Of a DNA stretch of 64,000 bases, positions 48,367 to 57,562 are shown piece after piece. The DNA is from Escherichia phage vB_EcoM_P8. Every line of letters begins with the position of its first letter. The stretch's first letter is position 1. Location of the stretch: the sequence record PV390659.2; one strand, written 5' to 3'. The notes under the pieces were generated by a model. That model made no database searches. It was not told the DNA's origin and saw only the letters and a program-made list of their open reading frames with translations. The translations under genes and the position numbers were made by a program.

Positions 48367-48851
48367 TTTTAAAAACTCGCTGGTATGATTTAGATGATGG
48401 GGACGATGGCATTCCAGTTGATAGAGTTGACTGGAATGGCTGTTCCGAAGATATGAAAAATTTGTTAATTAGGGAGTTTAGAATGGGATATCAACCAGTT
48501 AAGCCATCTACTGCAACAGATGATAAATTCGTGTGTATTCAAAATGGTCGTGCTAAGTTAACGAACGCTGATTGGTTCACAGATAAGAAGGTTATTCTGT
48601 GGTATATTATTAGTTTTCCTGTGACATCATTTGTATTTTGCTTCTTTGGAGAAAGTCCAATAGGCAGAACGGAAGATTGGATTCTTTTAATTATACTTGT
48701 TAATATTTTTACAGCAGCAGTACTATCAGGAATATGGTGCGTGTTCATTGAAATGCCATGGCGGTTACGTAGGCAGCAAAAGATTTTTGATGAAAAGAAA
48801 TATACTCAAAATTTAAATAATTTTATCACTGAATGCAGGAAATTAAAATGA
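48363..48851 (+). CDS. small membrane protein, paralog family member (C-terminal FITECRKLK)
   Basis: 162 aa, two predicted TM helices. Confidence 0.55.
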   Translation: MILKTRWYDLDDGDDGIPVDRVDWNGCSEDMKNLLIREFRMGYQPVKPSTATDDKFVCIQNGRAKLTNADWFTDKKVILWYIISFPVTSFVFCFFGESPIGRTEDWILLIILVNIFTAAVLSGIWCVFIEMPWRLRRQQKIFDEKKYTQNLNNFITECRKLK

Positions 48852-49288
48852 AAACACTATCAGCTGGTATTATCTTTATGACCGAAGATAAAGATTTATT
48901 CATGGGACGGGTTACTGGTTCTCGTAAGCCTGGAATGATGGCACATCGCTGGGATATTCCAAAGGGCCGCGTAGAAAATTCTGATTTAAGCGCACTAGAT
49001 GCAGCACGAAGAGAATGCTCAGAAGAGACCGGTTTTAGCAATTATAGTCCAGACCTTCTAAAAGACCTAGGTGTATTTAAATATTCTAGTAATAAAGACT
49101 TACAGTTATTTTATTATACGATTCCAGTAGAGCATGAGATGTTTAGAAATTGCCATTGCGAGTCTTATTTTGAAAATAAAGATGGCGTTATGATTCCAGA
49201 GATGGATGCTTTTGCTCTTATTCCTCGTACTCAGTGGCAATATGTGATGGGTCCTTCACTTTACCGAATAATGAACAGCCTCTTTTAA
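48848..49288 (+). CDS. nudE: Nudix hydrolase NudE
   Basis: Nudix box GRVENSDLSALDAARRECSEETG; start taken at ATG 48848 with AGGAAA RBS (ORF track alternative 48833). Confidence 0.8.
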   Translation: MKTLSAGIIFMTEDKDLFMGRVTGSRKPGMMAHRWDIPKGRVENSDLSALDAARRECSEETGFSNYSPDLLKDLGVFKYSSNKDLQLFYYTIPVEHEMFRNCHCESYFENKDGVMIPEMDAFALIPRTQWQYVMGPSLYRIMNSLF

Positions 49289-49819
<531 letters not shown>

Positions 49820-49860
49820 AGTGGTTTACTTTCTCCTAGAATTGTGATAGTATATTCACA
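49820..49860 (+). promoter_or_regulatory. T4 early promoter upstream of denV
   Basis: GTTTAC 49824-49829, TAGTAT 49848-49853. Confidence 0.55.
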
Positions 49861-49878
49861 GTTACTTGGAGGGATAAA

Positions 49879-50295
49879 ATGACTCGTATTAATTTGACTT
49901 TAGTATCTGAACTTGCTGATCAACATTTAATCGCAGAATACCGTGAATTGCCACGCGTTTTTGGTATAGTTCGTAAACACGTGGCAAATGGTAAGCGGGT
50001 TAAAGATTTTAAAATATCTTCCGAGTTTATTTTAGGTTCTGGTCATGTTACGTTCTTTTACGACAAGTTAGAATTTTTGCGAAAGCGTCAATCAGACATT
50101 ATAATGGAATGCTTAAAACGTGGGTTTAGTATAAAAGATACTGAAGTTCCTGACATCAGCGATATTCCAGCAGAATGGAAAAATGATTATAATCCATGCA
50201 AATCAGCTATTAAATTGAGTCAACAACGACTCGATGAAAAAATTTTAATGAAGCCACACTGGTACAAGTATTACGGCAAAAATATTTACATTTAA
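49879..50295 (+). CDS. denV: endonuclease V, pyrimidine dimer DNA glycosylase
   Basis: 138 aa; recognised T4 endo V ([17 protein letters not shown]...). Confidence 0.95.
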   Translation: MTRINLTLVSELADQHLIAEYRELPRVFGIVRKHVANGKRVKDFKISSEFILGSGHVTFFYDKLEFLRKRQSDIIMECLKRGFSIKDTEVPDISDIPAEWKNDYNPCKSAIKLSQQRLDEKILMKPHWYKYYGKNIYI

Positions 50296-50304
50296 AGGAA
50301 ACAT

Positions 50305-50779
50305 ATGAAAACATATCAAGAATTTATCACTGAAGCAGCTATTAATTCTCAAATTATTGCTGAATCTTTTACTGATCTTTTGAAATTTAAAAAAAGGTCA
50401 AAAAATCACTGCTGTATTGGATGATGGTACAGAAGTTGAGATGGATGTACAGGGATATAATTATGCAGTAGATGGAAAACTGTATAATAAATCCCATGCT
50501 AAATTTGATTCATTTGACGACTTTGTTAATACAGTTGAAGATGAAAAAACTCGTAGATCAATTTCAACTGGTGATGCTAAGGTTCTTATGGCACACGGTC
50601 ATGAACGTATTCGTGCTAAACAGAATAAAATGGGTGAAGATAATTTCGCATTAGTTGGTTATCAATCTGGTAAGCAAACTTATGGCTATCAGCGTACTGC
50701 TACCATGTATAATAAGAATGGTAAAATCGCTTTCGTGAATAGTAAAGGTTCTATTCAGTACGTCAAATCATTCAAATAA
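50305..50779 (+). pseudogene. internal-protein-like gene interrupted by a +1 frameshift in an A7 homopolymer (or sequencing error)
   Basis: ATG 50305 encodes MKTYQEFITEAAINSQ... and stops at 50422-50424; the reading continues in the +1 frame from the A7 run (50389-50395) to 50779; with six A the ORF is continuous, about 157 aa. Confidence 0.6.
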
Positions 50780-50920
50780 TATGGGAACAACCTGGACCTC
50801 ATGATTCTGTGAGGGATTCCCGCCAACCTGTAATAAGGTCGAGCCCAAGTGCGGTAATGGGTAAATACAGAAATGGACAATTCATGCGCCATGGAATGGC
50901 CCAAATTTAGAGAGAATAAA

Positions 50921-51460
50921 ATGAGAACATTTTTAACTGGCCCTTATCTATCCCTGATGAATGCTTTTACACACCATTCTGATGCTAGAGTAGAAGAAAT
51001 TTGTAAAAACGATTATATCCCACCATTTGAAGACTTGCTTAAACAATATTGTACACTTCGACTAGATGGTGGACGTCAATCTGGTAAATCAACTGCTGTG
51101 ACTAACTTTGCTGCTAATTGGCTGTATGACGGTGGAACAGTTATTGTTCTTTCTAATACTTCAGCTTACGCTAAAATTTCTGCGGGCCACATTAAAAAAG
51201 AATTTTCTCGTTATTCTGGCGATGATATTCGATTCCGCTTATTTACCGATTCTGTCCATAGTTTTATCGGTAATAAAGGAAGCAAGTTCAGAGGTTTATC
51301 GCTTTCGCGGATTTTGTATATAATCGATGAGCCTGTTAAATCTCCTGATATGGATAAAATTTACGATATTCATATTGAAACTGTGCACCACTGTTGCAAT
51401 AGTAAATGCTGCATTGGTGGTATTACTCGTCCACAGTTTTTCATAATCGGAATGCAATGA
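50921..51460 (+). CDS. P-loop NTPase-like protein with C-terminal Cys cluster
   Basis: Walker A GGRQSGKST, Walker B-like LYIIDEP, C-terminal HHCCNSKCCIGG; start at ATG 50921 with RBS. Confidence 0.55.
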   Translation: MRTFLTGPYLSLMNAFTHHSDARVEEICKNDYIPPFEDLLKQYCTLRLDGGRQSGKSTAVTNFAANWLYDGGTVIVLSNTSAYAKISAGHIKKEFSRYSGDDIRFRLFTDSVHSFIGNKGSKFRGLSLSRILYIIDEPVKSPDMDKIYDIHIETVHHCCNSKCCIGGITRPQFFIIGMQ

Positions 51461-51786
51461 TGACAGACACGCAACTTTTCGAATATCTTTATTTTTCGCC
51501 AAAAACTATTAAAAATAAATTGGTGAATCATTTTGAAATTTTGGCAAATAACAACGTCTTGAGCGAATTTTATCCTAAGCAATACAAATTACAAAAAGGC
51601 GTATTCAAAGGATGCAGAGTTTTGTGTACTGCTCCTAATGCAAGATTAATGAATAAAATTCCATATTTTACCATGGAATTTATTGATGGACCTTTTAAAG
51701 GACTAATCACCCAAAGTTTAATGGCATATGATTCTGAGCCATTTTTAATTAAAGAGCAATCTTGGATAAATTTATTTTCTAATTGA
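51457..51786 (+). CDS. hypothetical protein
   Basis: 109 aa from ATG overlapping upstream stop (ATGATGA). Confidence 0.5.
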   Translation: MMTDTQLFEYLYFSPKTIKNKLVNHFEILANNNVLSEFYPKQYKLQKGVFKGCRVLCTAPNARLMNKIPYFTMEFIDGPFKGLITQSLMAYDSEPFLIKEQSWINLFSN

Positions 51787-51794
51787 GAGGTTAT

Positions 51795-52157
51795 ATGAAA
51801 GCATATCAAATTCTTGAAGGCACGCATAAAGGTACTATTTATTTTGAAGATGGTATTCAAGCACGAATTATTGTCTCTAAAACCTTTAAAGAGGACTCTT
51901 TTGTAGACCCGGAAATTTTCTACGGTTTGCATGCCCGTGAAATTGAAATTGAAACACAACCTACAGTTAAAATTGAAGGTGGTCAACACCTGAACGTTAA
52001 CGTTCTGCGTCGTGAAACTCTGGAAGATGCAGTTAAGCATCCGGAAAAATATCCGCAGCTGACCATCCGTGTATCCGGTTATGCAGTTCGCTTTAACTCT
52101 CTGACTCCGGAACAGCAGCGCGACGTTATCGCTCGTACCTTTACCGAGAGTCTGTAA
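51795..52157 (+). CDS. autonomous glycyl radical cofactor (GrcA/YfiD-like)
   Basis: C-terminal [29 protein letters not shown] glycyl-radical motif, matching E. coli GrcA as I recall it; GAGAGG RBS. Confidence 0.8.
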   Translation: MKAYQILEGTHKGTIYFEDGIQARIIVSKTFKEDSFVDPEIFYGLHAREIEIETQPTVKIEGGQHLNVNVLRRETLEDAVKHPEKYPQLTIRVSGYAVRFNSLTPEQQRDVIARTFTESL

Positions 52158-52378
52158 TGGCAAAGATAATTATTGAAGGTTCTAAAGATGTGCTAAATGC
52201 TTTCGCCGAGTGGTTTAGTAATTCAGGCGAACAGCAATTTAATGAAGCATGGAATATGGGTGATATTGATGGAATTTATCCTACGACAGAAATTTCTGTT
52301 CAGGGATATGGCATTCATGAACCTATTCGTTTAGTTGAATATGATTTAGGTACTGGTGAGGAAGTAAAATATGATTGA
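52157..52378 (+). CDS. hypothetical protein
   Basis: 73 aa ORF, ATGA-type overlap with upstream gene. Confidence 0.5.
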   Translation: MAKIIIEGSKDVLNAFAEWFSNSGEQQFNEAWNMGDIDGIYPTTEISVQGYGIHEPIRLVEYDLGTGEEVKYD

Positions 52379-52637
52379 AGATATTAAGGGTTATAAGCCA
52401 CATACTGAAGAGAAAATCGGTAAAGTGAATGCTATCAAAGATGCTGAAGTTCGTTTAGGACTTATCTTTGATGCTTTATATGATGAATTCTGGGAAGCAC
52501 TAGATAATTGTGAAGACTGTGAATTCGCGAAGAATTATGCTGAAAGTCTTGATCAGTTAACTATTGCTAAAACGAAACTCAAAGAAGCCAGTATGTGGGC
52601 TTGTCGTGCTGTGTTCCAACCAGAGGAAAAATATTAA
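52371..52637 (+). CDS. hypothetical small helical protein; position corresponds to T4 vs.4 (Acb2) by ORF counting only
   Basis: 88 aa ORF; assignment from synteny, not sequence recognition. Confidence 0.45.
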   Translation: MIEDIKGYKPHTEEKIGKVNAIKDAEVRLGLIFDALYDEFWEALDNCEDCEFAKNYAESLDQLTIAKTKLKEASMWACRAVFQPEEKY

Positions 52638-52915
52638 TGGCTCAATTAAGCGCAGGGTTTGGTTATGAGTATTATACTGCCCCTCGTCGTGTATCTGTTG
52701 CTCCTAAGAAAATTCAAAGTCTTGATGACTTCCAGGAAGTAGTCCGTAACGCTTTCCAGGACTATGCACGCTATCTTAAAGAAGATTCACAGGACTGTCT
52801 CGAAGAAGATGAAATTGCTTACTATGAGCAGCGTCTTGAGCAACTCAAAAATTTACATGAGGTTCGTGCAGAAGTTTCAAAGTCTATGAATAAATTGATT
52901 AGATTTAAAGAATAA
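52637..52915 (+). CDS. hypothetical protein
   Basis: 92 aa from ATG 52637 overlapping upstream stop. Confidence 0.5.
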   Translation: MAQLSAGFGYEYYTAPRRVSVAPKKIQSLDDFQEVVRNAFQDYARYLKEDSQDCLEEDEIAYYEQRLEQLKNLHEVRAEVSKSMNKLIRFKE

Positions 52916-52950
52916 CTGTTTACTTTTCCTCTTGACTGTGGTATAATTTT
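52916..52950 (+). promoter_or_regulatory. T4 early promoter upstream of regB
   Basis: GTTTAC 52918-52923, TATAAT 52942-52947. Confidence 0.65.
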
Positions 52951-52974
52951 TCTATCAGTTAAGAGGAGAATAAC

Positions 52975-53436
52975 ATGACTATCAACACAGAAGTTTTTAT
53001 CCGTCGAAATAAGCTCCGTCGTCACTTTGAGTCGGAGTTTCGTCAAATTAACAATGAGATTCGTGAGGCATCAAAAGCAGCAGGGGTCTCATCGTTTCAT
53101 CTAAAATATTCTCAGCATCTTCTTGATCGTGCAATTCAACGGGAGATTGATGAGACATATGTTTTTGAATTATTCCATAAAATAAAAGACCATGTTTTAG
53201 AAGTTAATGAATTCCTGAGTATGCCTCCGCGTCCTGACATTGATGAGGATTTTATTGATGGGGTTGAATATCGTCCTGGGCGTTTAGAAATCACAGATGG
53301 AAATCTTTGGCTTGGATTTACAGTTTGTAAACCTAATGCGAAGTTCAAAGACCCGTCGCTTCAATGCAGGATGGCAATTATCAACAGTCGTCGTTTACCA
53401 GGAAAGGCTTCTAAAGCAGTAATTAAAACTCAATGA
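52975..53436 (+). CDS. regB: RegB site-specific endoribonuclease
   Basis: 153 aa; recognised T4 RegB (MTINTEVFIRRNKLRRHFESEFRQ...); early promoter upstream. Confidence 0.9.
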   Translation: MTINTEVFIRRNKLRRHFESEFRQINNEIREASKAAGVSSFHLKYSQHLLDRAIQREIDETYVFELFHKIKDHVLEVNEFLSMPPRPDIDEDFIDGVEYRPGRLEITDGNLWLGFTVCKPNAKFKDPSLQCRMAIINSRRLPGKASKAVIKTQ

Positions 53437-53443
53437 GGTAAGC

Positions 53444-53989
53444 ATGAGAAAAGCACTACTCGCTGGTCTATTGGCCATTTCTATGATGGCACATAGCTCC
53501 GAGCATACTTTCAGTAATGTCCAACTCGATAACATGCGTTACGCGTATCAATTCGGGGAACAATTTTCTAAGGATGGAAAATATAAAACACACAAAAATA
53601 TCCATAAAAGCGGATTAGGTCATATAATGGCTGCTATTTTATGGCAAGAAAGCTCTGCCGGAGTTAATTTAAAATCTAAACCAAAACATCATGCCTACGG
53701 AATGTTCCAAAATTATTTGCCGACCATGCGGGCAAGAGTTAAGGAACTTGGTTATAATATGACCGATGCCGAAATAAAAAGAATGTTGAATAAACGGTCC
53801 AATTCAGCTTCCTGGGCGTACATTGAACTTTCTTATTGGTTAAATATACATAAGGGCGATATAAGAAAGGCGATATCCTCTTATAATTCGGGATGGAATG
53901 TTAAAGCAGGTTCTAAATATGCTTCTGAAGTCCTAGAAAAGGCTAACTACCTTAAAAATAATAAACTTTTGGAAATAGTAAATGACTAA
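53444..53989 (+). CDS. secreted lytic transglycosylase-like protein
   Basis: 181 aa; N-terminal signal peptide MRKALLAGLLAISMMAHS; SLT-like segments WQESSAG ... MFQNY ... SYNSG. Confidence 0.55.
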   Translation: MRKALLAGLLAISMMAHSSEHTFSNVQLDNMRYAYQFGEQFSKDGKYKTHKNIHKSGLGHIMAAILWQESSAGVNLKSKPKHHAYGMFQNYLPTMRARVKELGYNMTDAEIKRMLNKRSNSASWAYIELSYWLNIHKGDIRKAISSYNSGWNVKAGSKYASEVLEKANYLKNNKLLEIVND

Positions 53990-54323
53990 AATTTTAGTTT
54001 TATGTATAGGATTAATTTCATTTTCTGCGTTAGCAAATACATCATATACTGAAATTAGAGAGTATGTAAACCGTACTGCCGCGGATTATTGCGGGAAAAA
54101 TAAAGCATGCCAAGCTGAATTTGCGCAGAAATTAATATATGCATATAAAGACGGAGAAAGAGATAAATCAAGCAGATACAAAAATGATACTTTATTAAAA
54201 CGATATGCTAAAAAGTGGAATACCTTAGAATGTTCAGTTGCGGAGGAGAAAGATAAAGCCGCTTGTCATTCAATGGTTGACCGTTTGGTAGATTCTTATA
54301 ATCGAGGATTGAGTACTAGATGA
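53982..54323 (+). CDS. small secreted protein (signal peptide); position of T4 vs by synteny
   Basis: 113 aa; N-terminus MTKILVLCIGLISFSALA. Confidence 0.5.
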   Translation: MTKILVLCIGLISFSALANTSYTEIREYVNRTAADYCGKNKACQAEFAQKLIYAYKDGERDKSSRYKNDTLLKRYAKKWNTLECSVAEEKDKAACHSMVDRLVDSYNRGLSTR

Positions 54324-54799
54324 TTGTAAAATATATCAAGGGCGATATTGTCGCCCTATTTCTTCAAGGTAATATTATTGCGCACGGGTGCAATTGTTTT
54401 CATACTATGGGTTCAGGTGTAGCGGGTCAATTAGCAAGGGCCTATCCTAAAATTTTAGAAATAGATAAAACCACTACCGAGTACGGTTCTCGTGATAAAT
54501 TAGGCGATATGTCTATTGTTTTTAAACATAATCCTACAGGATTTGGTATATGCTATAACCTGTATACACAATACGAACCGGGTCCTAATCTTGATTATGG
54601 TGCTTTAGTAAACTGCATGATAGAATTAAATCTACAGGCAGAGACCCTTTTGTTTAAACCAGTAATTTATATTCCACGCATAGGTTGTGGTATTGCTGGC
54701 GGCGATTGGGATAAGGTTTCTAAATTAATCGACATGTTTACTCCTGATATTGATTTAATAGTGGTGGATTATGAAAGTGCATTACCCGCATCCGTTTGA
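54320..54799 (+). CDS. macro-domain-like protein (possible ADP-ribose binding or hydrolase)
   Basis: 159 aa; glycine-rich segments GSGVAGQLARAYP and IGCGIAGGDW resemble macro-domain phosphate-binding loops. Confidence 0.5.
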   Translation: MIVKYIKGDIVALFLQGNIIAHGCNCFHTMGSGVAGQLARAYPKILEIDKTTTEYGSRDKLGDMSIVFKHNPTGFGICYNLYTQYEPGPNLDYGALVNCMIELNLQAETLLFKPVIYIPRIGCGIAGGDWDKVSKLIDMFTPDIDLIVVDYESALPASV

Positions 54800-54983
54800 T
54801 CCTAAAAACAAAGCGGAAATTATTCGACAATGGGAACGCATTTGCCGTACTAAATGCCCAATTAATAGTCCACATGATGTAGATAAAGACTATATTGGAA
54901 CATTCGTTGAATATACCTTTATTGATAAGAAAGGTCATAAACAACATGTAGAAGAATATTGCTTAAAGGTTACATGGTTATGA
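54771..54983 (+). CDS. hypothetical protein
   Basis: 70 aa ORF. Confidence 0.45.
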   Translation: MKVHYPHPFDPKNKAEIIRQWERICRTKCPINSPHDVDKDYIGTFVEYTFIDKKGHKQHVEEYCLKVTWL

Positions 54984-55186
54984 GCCAAACTAGTATTCTT
55001 AAAAATGCCCATTGTGAAAAGTGTAAATGGCCAGTTGTTTTTGCTTTATGCAATGATGAAATGGCTTGTGATTTCGATTATTGGTGCTATTGCTCTAATA
55101 AAGGATGCATCAATCATAAAGGCGAAGGATTTTATTCAGGATTTTATCCTTATCCTGATTTCGTTAAAGAAGGTAAACCAAAATGA
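54980..55186 (+). CDS. Cys-rich small protein (possible metal-binding)
   Basis: 68 aa from ATG 54980; 8 cysteines including CEKCKW and CYCSNKGC. Confidence 0.5.
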   Translation: MSQTSILKNAHCEKCKWPVVFALCNDEMACDFDYWCYCSNKGCINHKGEGFYSGFYPYPDFVKEGKPK

Positions 55187-55356
55187 ATAGTTTTGAGTTA
55201 CAATATGAAGTGTTACGTGAACTTGATAATTTAATTGAACTCGCTGTTAATAAAGGTTTTGCCATTGGAATTGGTCAAAAAGATACTGATCATTTAACTA
55301 TGGAAATATTTAAGCAAAAGCGAATTATTTTAAAACTTCTGGAAATTAATATATGA
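55183..55356 (+). CDS. hypothetical small protein
   Basis: 57 aa ORF not in ORF track; ATGA-type overlaps on both sides. Confidence 0.4.
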   Translation: MNSFELQYEVLRELDNLIELAVNKGFAIGIGQKDTDHLTMEIFKQKRIILKLLEINI

Positions 55357-55538
55357 GTCTGAGTAAAGAACAAAAAGATAAATTGTTTGAGCTTATCCAT
55401 GAACTTCTAGATGAGCATACAGAAGCAAACACCTTTTATGATGAATACGGCCCGCTATCTCCCGAACACCAGGAAGAATTTGCTGATCGGTTTGATAAGA
55501 AAGAAAACGAATTAATAGCTTATGTGAATACGCTTTAA
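55353..55538 (+). CDS. hypothetical small acidic protein
   Basis: 61 aa ORF. Confidence 0.5.
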   Translation: MSLSKEQKDKLFELIHELLDEHTEANTFYDEYGPLSPEHQEEFADRFDKKENELIAYVNTL

Positions 55539-55547
55539 GAAGGTGAT

Positions 55548-56129
55548 ATGGCGAGTTTAATTTTTACTTATGCAGCAATGAATGCTGGAAAATCTGCTTC
55601 TCTTTTGACTGCTGCGCATAATTATAAAGAACGTGGAATGAGTGTATTAGTTCTTAAGCCTGCTATTGATACTCGCGATTCTGTCTGTGAAGTCGTTTCT
55701 CGCATTGGAATTAAGCAGGAAGCGAATATTATTACGGATGATATGGATATTTTCGAGTTCTATAAATGGGCTGAAGCACAAAAAGATATTCATTGCGTAT
55801 TTGTAGATGAAGCTCAGTTTTTAAAAACTGAACAGGTACATCAATTAAGCCGAATTGTCGATGCATATAATGTTCCTGTTATGGCTTATGGTCTAAGGAC
55901 TGATTTCGCTGGAAAATTATTTGAAGGTTCTAAAGAACTTTTGGCGATTGCAGATAAACTTATTGAACTAAAGGCAGTTTGTCATTGCGGTAAAAAAGCG
56001 ATTATGACAGCTCGATTAATGGAAGATGGAACGCCAGTTAAAGAAGGTAATCAAATCTGTATTGGTGATGAAATTTATGTTTCTTTGTGTAGAAAACATT
56101 GGAATGAATTAACTAAAAAGCTCGGTTAG
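55548..56129 (+). CDS. tk: thymidine kinase
   Basis: 193 aa; P-loop AAMNAGKS; recognised T4 Tk. Confidence 0.95.
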   Translation: MASLIFTYAAMNAGKSASLLTAAHNYKERGMSVLVLKPAIDTRDSVCEVVSRIGIKQEANIITDDMDIFEFYKWAEAQKDIHCVFVDEAQFLKTEQVHQLSRIVDAYNVPVMAYGLRTDFAGKLFEGSKELLAIADKLIELKAVCHCGKKAIMTARLMEDGTPVKEGNQICIGDEIYVSLCRKHWNELTKKLG

Positions 56130-56138
56130 TGCAAAAGT

Positions 56139-56146
56139 TATAAATA
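56139..56146 (+). promoter_or_regulatory. late promoter upstream of rI region
   Basis: TATAAATA 56139-56146. Confidence 0.55.
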
Positions 56147-56171
56147 GGTTTATCTAACTAAAGGGGTATAT

Positions 56172-56384
56172 ATGCTACAATTAACTGAAAAGCAACTTCG
56201 CAATCTTACTGTTCTTCAATTAGATGAAATTCGTAGGGAAGTTGGAAATATCATTTCAGCTTTGCGTCGAGAAGTATCACTCAACCAATCTCCGGCAGAC
56301 TATACTAGATTGCGAAATTTTGAAAAATACCTTGATAAAGTTAAGGCCGTGCATCGGCATAAAGTAAATACAGGACAAAAATGA
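56172..56384 (+). CDS. hypothetical protein upstream of rI
   Basis: 70 aa ORF with late promoter motif upstream. Confidence 0.55.
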
Positions 56385-56396
56385 TAGGAGGCCTTT

Positions 56397-56690
56397 ATGG
56401 CCTTAAAAGCAACGGCATTATTTGCCATGCTAGGATTAGCGTTTGCTTTATCTCCACCAATTGAAGCGAATGTCGATCCTCATTTTGATAAATTTATGGA
56501 ATCTGGTATTAGACATGTTTATATGCTTTTTGAAAATAAAAGCGTAGAATCATCTGAACAGTTCTATAGTTTTATGCGAACGACCTATAAAAATGACCCG
56601 TGCTCTTCCGATTTTGAATGTATAGAACGAGGCGCGGAGATGGCACAATCATACGCTAGAATTATGAACATTAAATTGGAGACTGAATGA
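56397..56690 (+). CDS. rI: lysis inhibition regulator RI
   Basis: 97 aa; recognised T4 RI (MALKATALFAMLGL... signal-anchor, periplasmic domain). Confidence 0.9.
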   Translation: MALKATALFAMLGLAFALSPPIEANVDPHFDKFMESGIRHVYMLFENKSVESSEQFYSFMRTTYKNDPCSSDFECIERGAEMAQSYARIMNIKLETE

Positions 56691-57073
56691 AATTCAGCGA
56701 CTTTTCACAAAGTGGAAAACCTTCAAAGGCAGATGAATACTTAGGTTTATTAATGGCTGCACAAGCTTATTTTCATTCTGCGCATTTTGAAACTAAAAGT
56801 TATGCTAGACACAAAGCATACGATTTTATTTTCTCTGAGTTGCCAGATTTGATTGATAAATTTGGTGAGCAATATTTGGGGTATTCTGGTAGAAAATACA
56901 CACCTTCAATTCCAGATGCTAGTAAACTTCCTACCGACACAATTAAAATGATTGATCGTATACTAGACCAATCTAACAGCATTTACAAAGAAATGCCTCC
57001 AGCCATTCAAAGCACGATAGATGATATTACTGGAATGTTTTACCAAAGTAAGTATCTTCTTTCCCTCGAATAA
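56687..57073 (+). CDS. hypothetical protein downstream of rI
   Basis: 128 aa ORF followed by strong terminator. Confidence 0.6.
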   Translation: MKFSDFSQSGKPSKADEYLGLLMAAQAYFHSAHFETKSYARHKAYDFIFSELPDLIDKFGEQYLGYSGRKYTPSIPDASKLPTDTIKMIDRILDQSNSIYKEMPPAIQSTIDDITGMFYQSKYLLSLE

Positions 57074-57077
57074 CATT

Positions 57078-57100
57078 AGTCTCCTTCGGGAGACTTTTTT
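57078..57100 (+). terminator. rho-independent terminator after the rI block
   Basis: AGTCTCCTTCGGGAGACT hairpin plus TTTTTT. Confidence 0.8.
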
Positions 57101-57104
57101 CATT

Positions 57105-57145
57105 TTACCGGTTTACTTTCCATTTGAGCTGTGATACTATACAAC
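57105..57145 (+). promoter_or_regulatory. T4 early promoter
   Basis: GTTTAC 57111-57116, TACTAT 57135-57140. Confidence 0.6.
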
Positions 57146-57168
57146 TATCGGATAAAGAGGAGAACATC

Positions 57169-57357
57169 ATGAAAATTGAAGCACTTAATCAAGAAGGAAA
57201 TATCTACGTCATCATTAATGGTGATTTTTTCGTCAACATGGATGATGTTACTAGTGAAGAACTTGAAGAACTTCTTAAGAAACGTTATGATATGTGTGAT
57301 GAAGCTGCAACTCATATGGCGTGTGCAATATTCTCTCTTTCATATGTGGTGGAATAA
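57169..57357 (+). CDS. hypothetical small protein
   Basis: 62 aa from ATG 57169 with AGAGGAG RBS. Confidence 0.5.
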   Translation: MKIEALNQEGNIYVIINGDFFVNMDDVTSEELEELLKKRYDMCDEAATHMACAIFSLSYVVE

Positions 57358-57560
57358 TGATTAGTATTGAACAAGCAGATAAAATTAAAGAATTGGTAGC
57401 TTTAATTCGCAAAGCAGATGAGGAACTTAGTGACTTTGCTTGGTTTTCGGCAGGCATTGCAAATAAAGGTATTGAAGAATTTGAAGCTAAAGTTGATAAT
57501 GCTGTAGAAGCTTTAGATATGTTTCTTGATGAAATTATCGATCACAATACGAGAGTTTAA
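57357..57560 (+). CDS. small helical protein, member of a tandem paralog set
   Basis: 67 aa from ATG 57357 ([17 protein letters not shown]...). Confidence 0.5.
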   Translation: MISIEQADKIKELVALIRKADEELSDFAWFSAGIANKGIEEFEAKVDNAVEALDMFLDEIIDHNTRV

Positions 57561-57562
57561 GT

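Noticed and set aside
50780-50920. 140-bp intergenic gap before the P-loop gene with partial palindromes
   Set aside because: No recognisable promoter, terminator or RNA motif could be supported; probably just a leader region.
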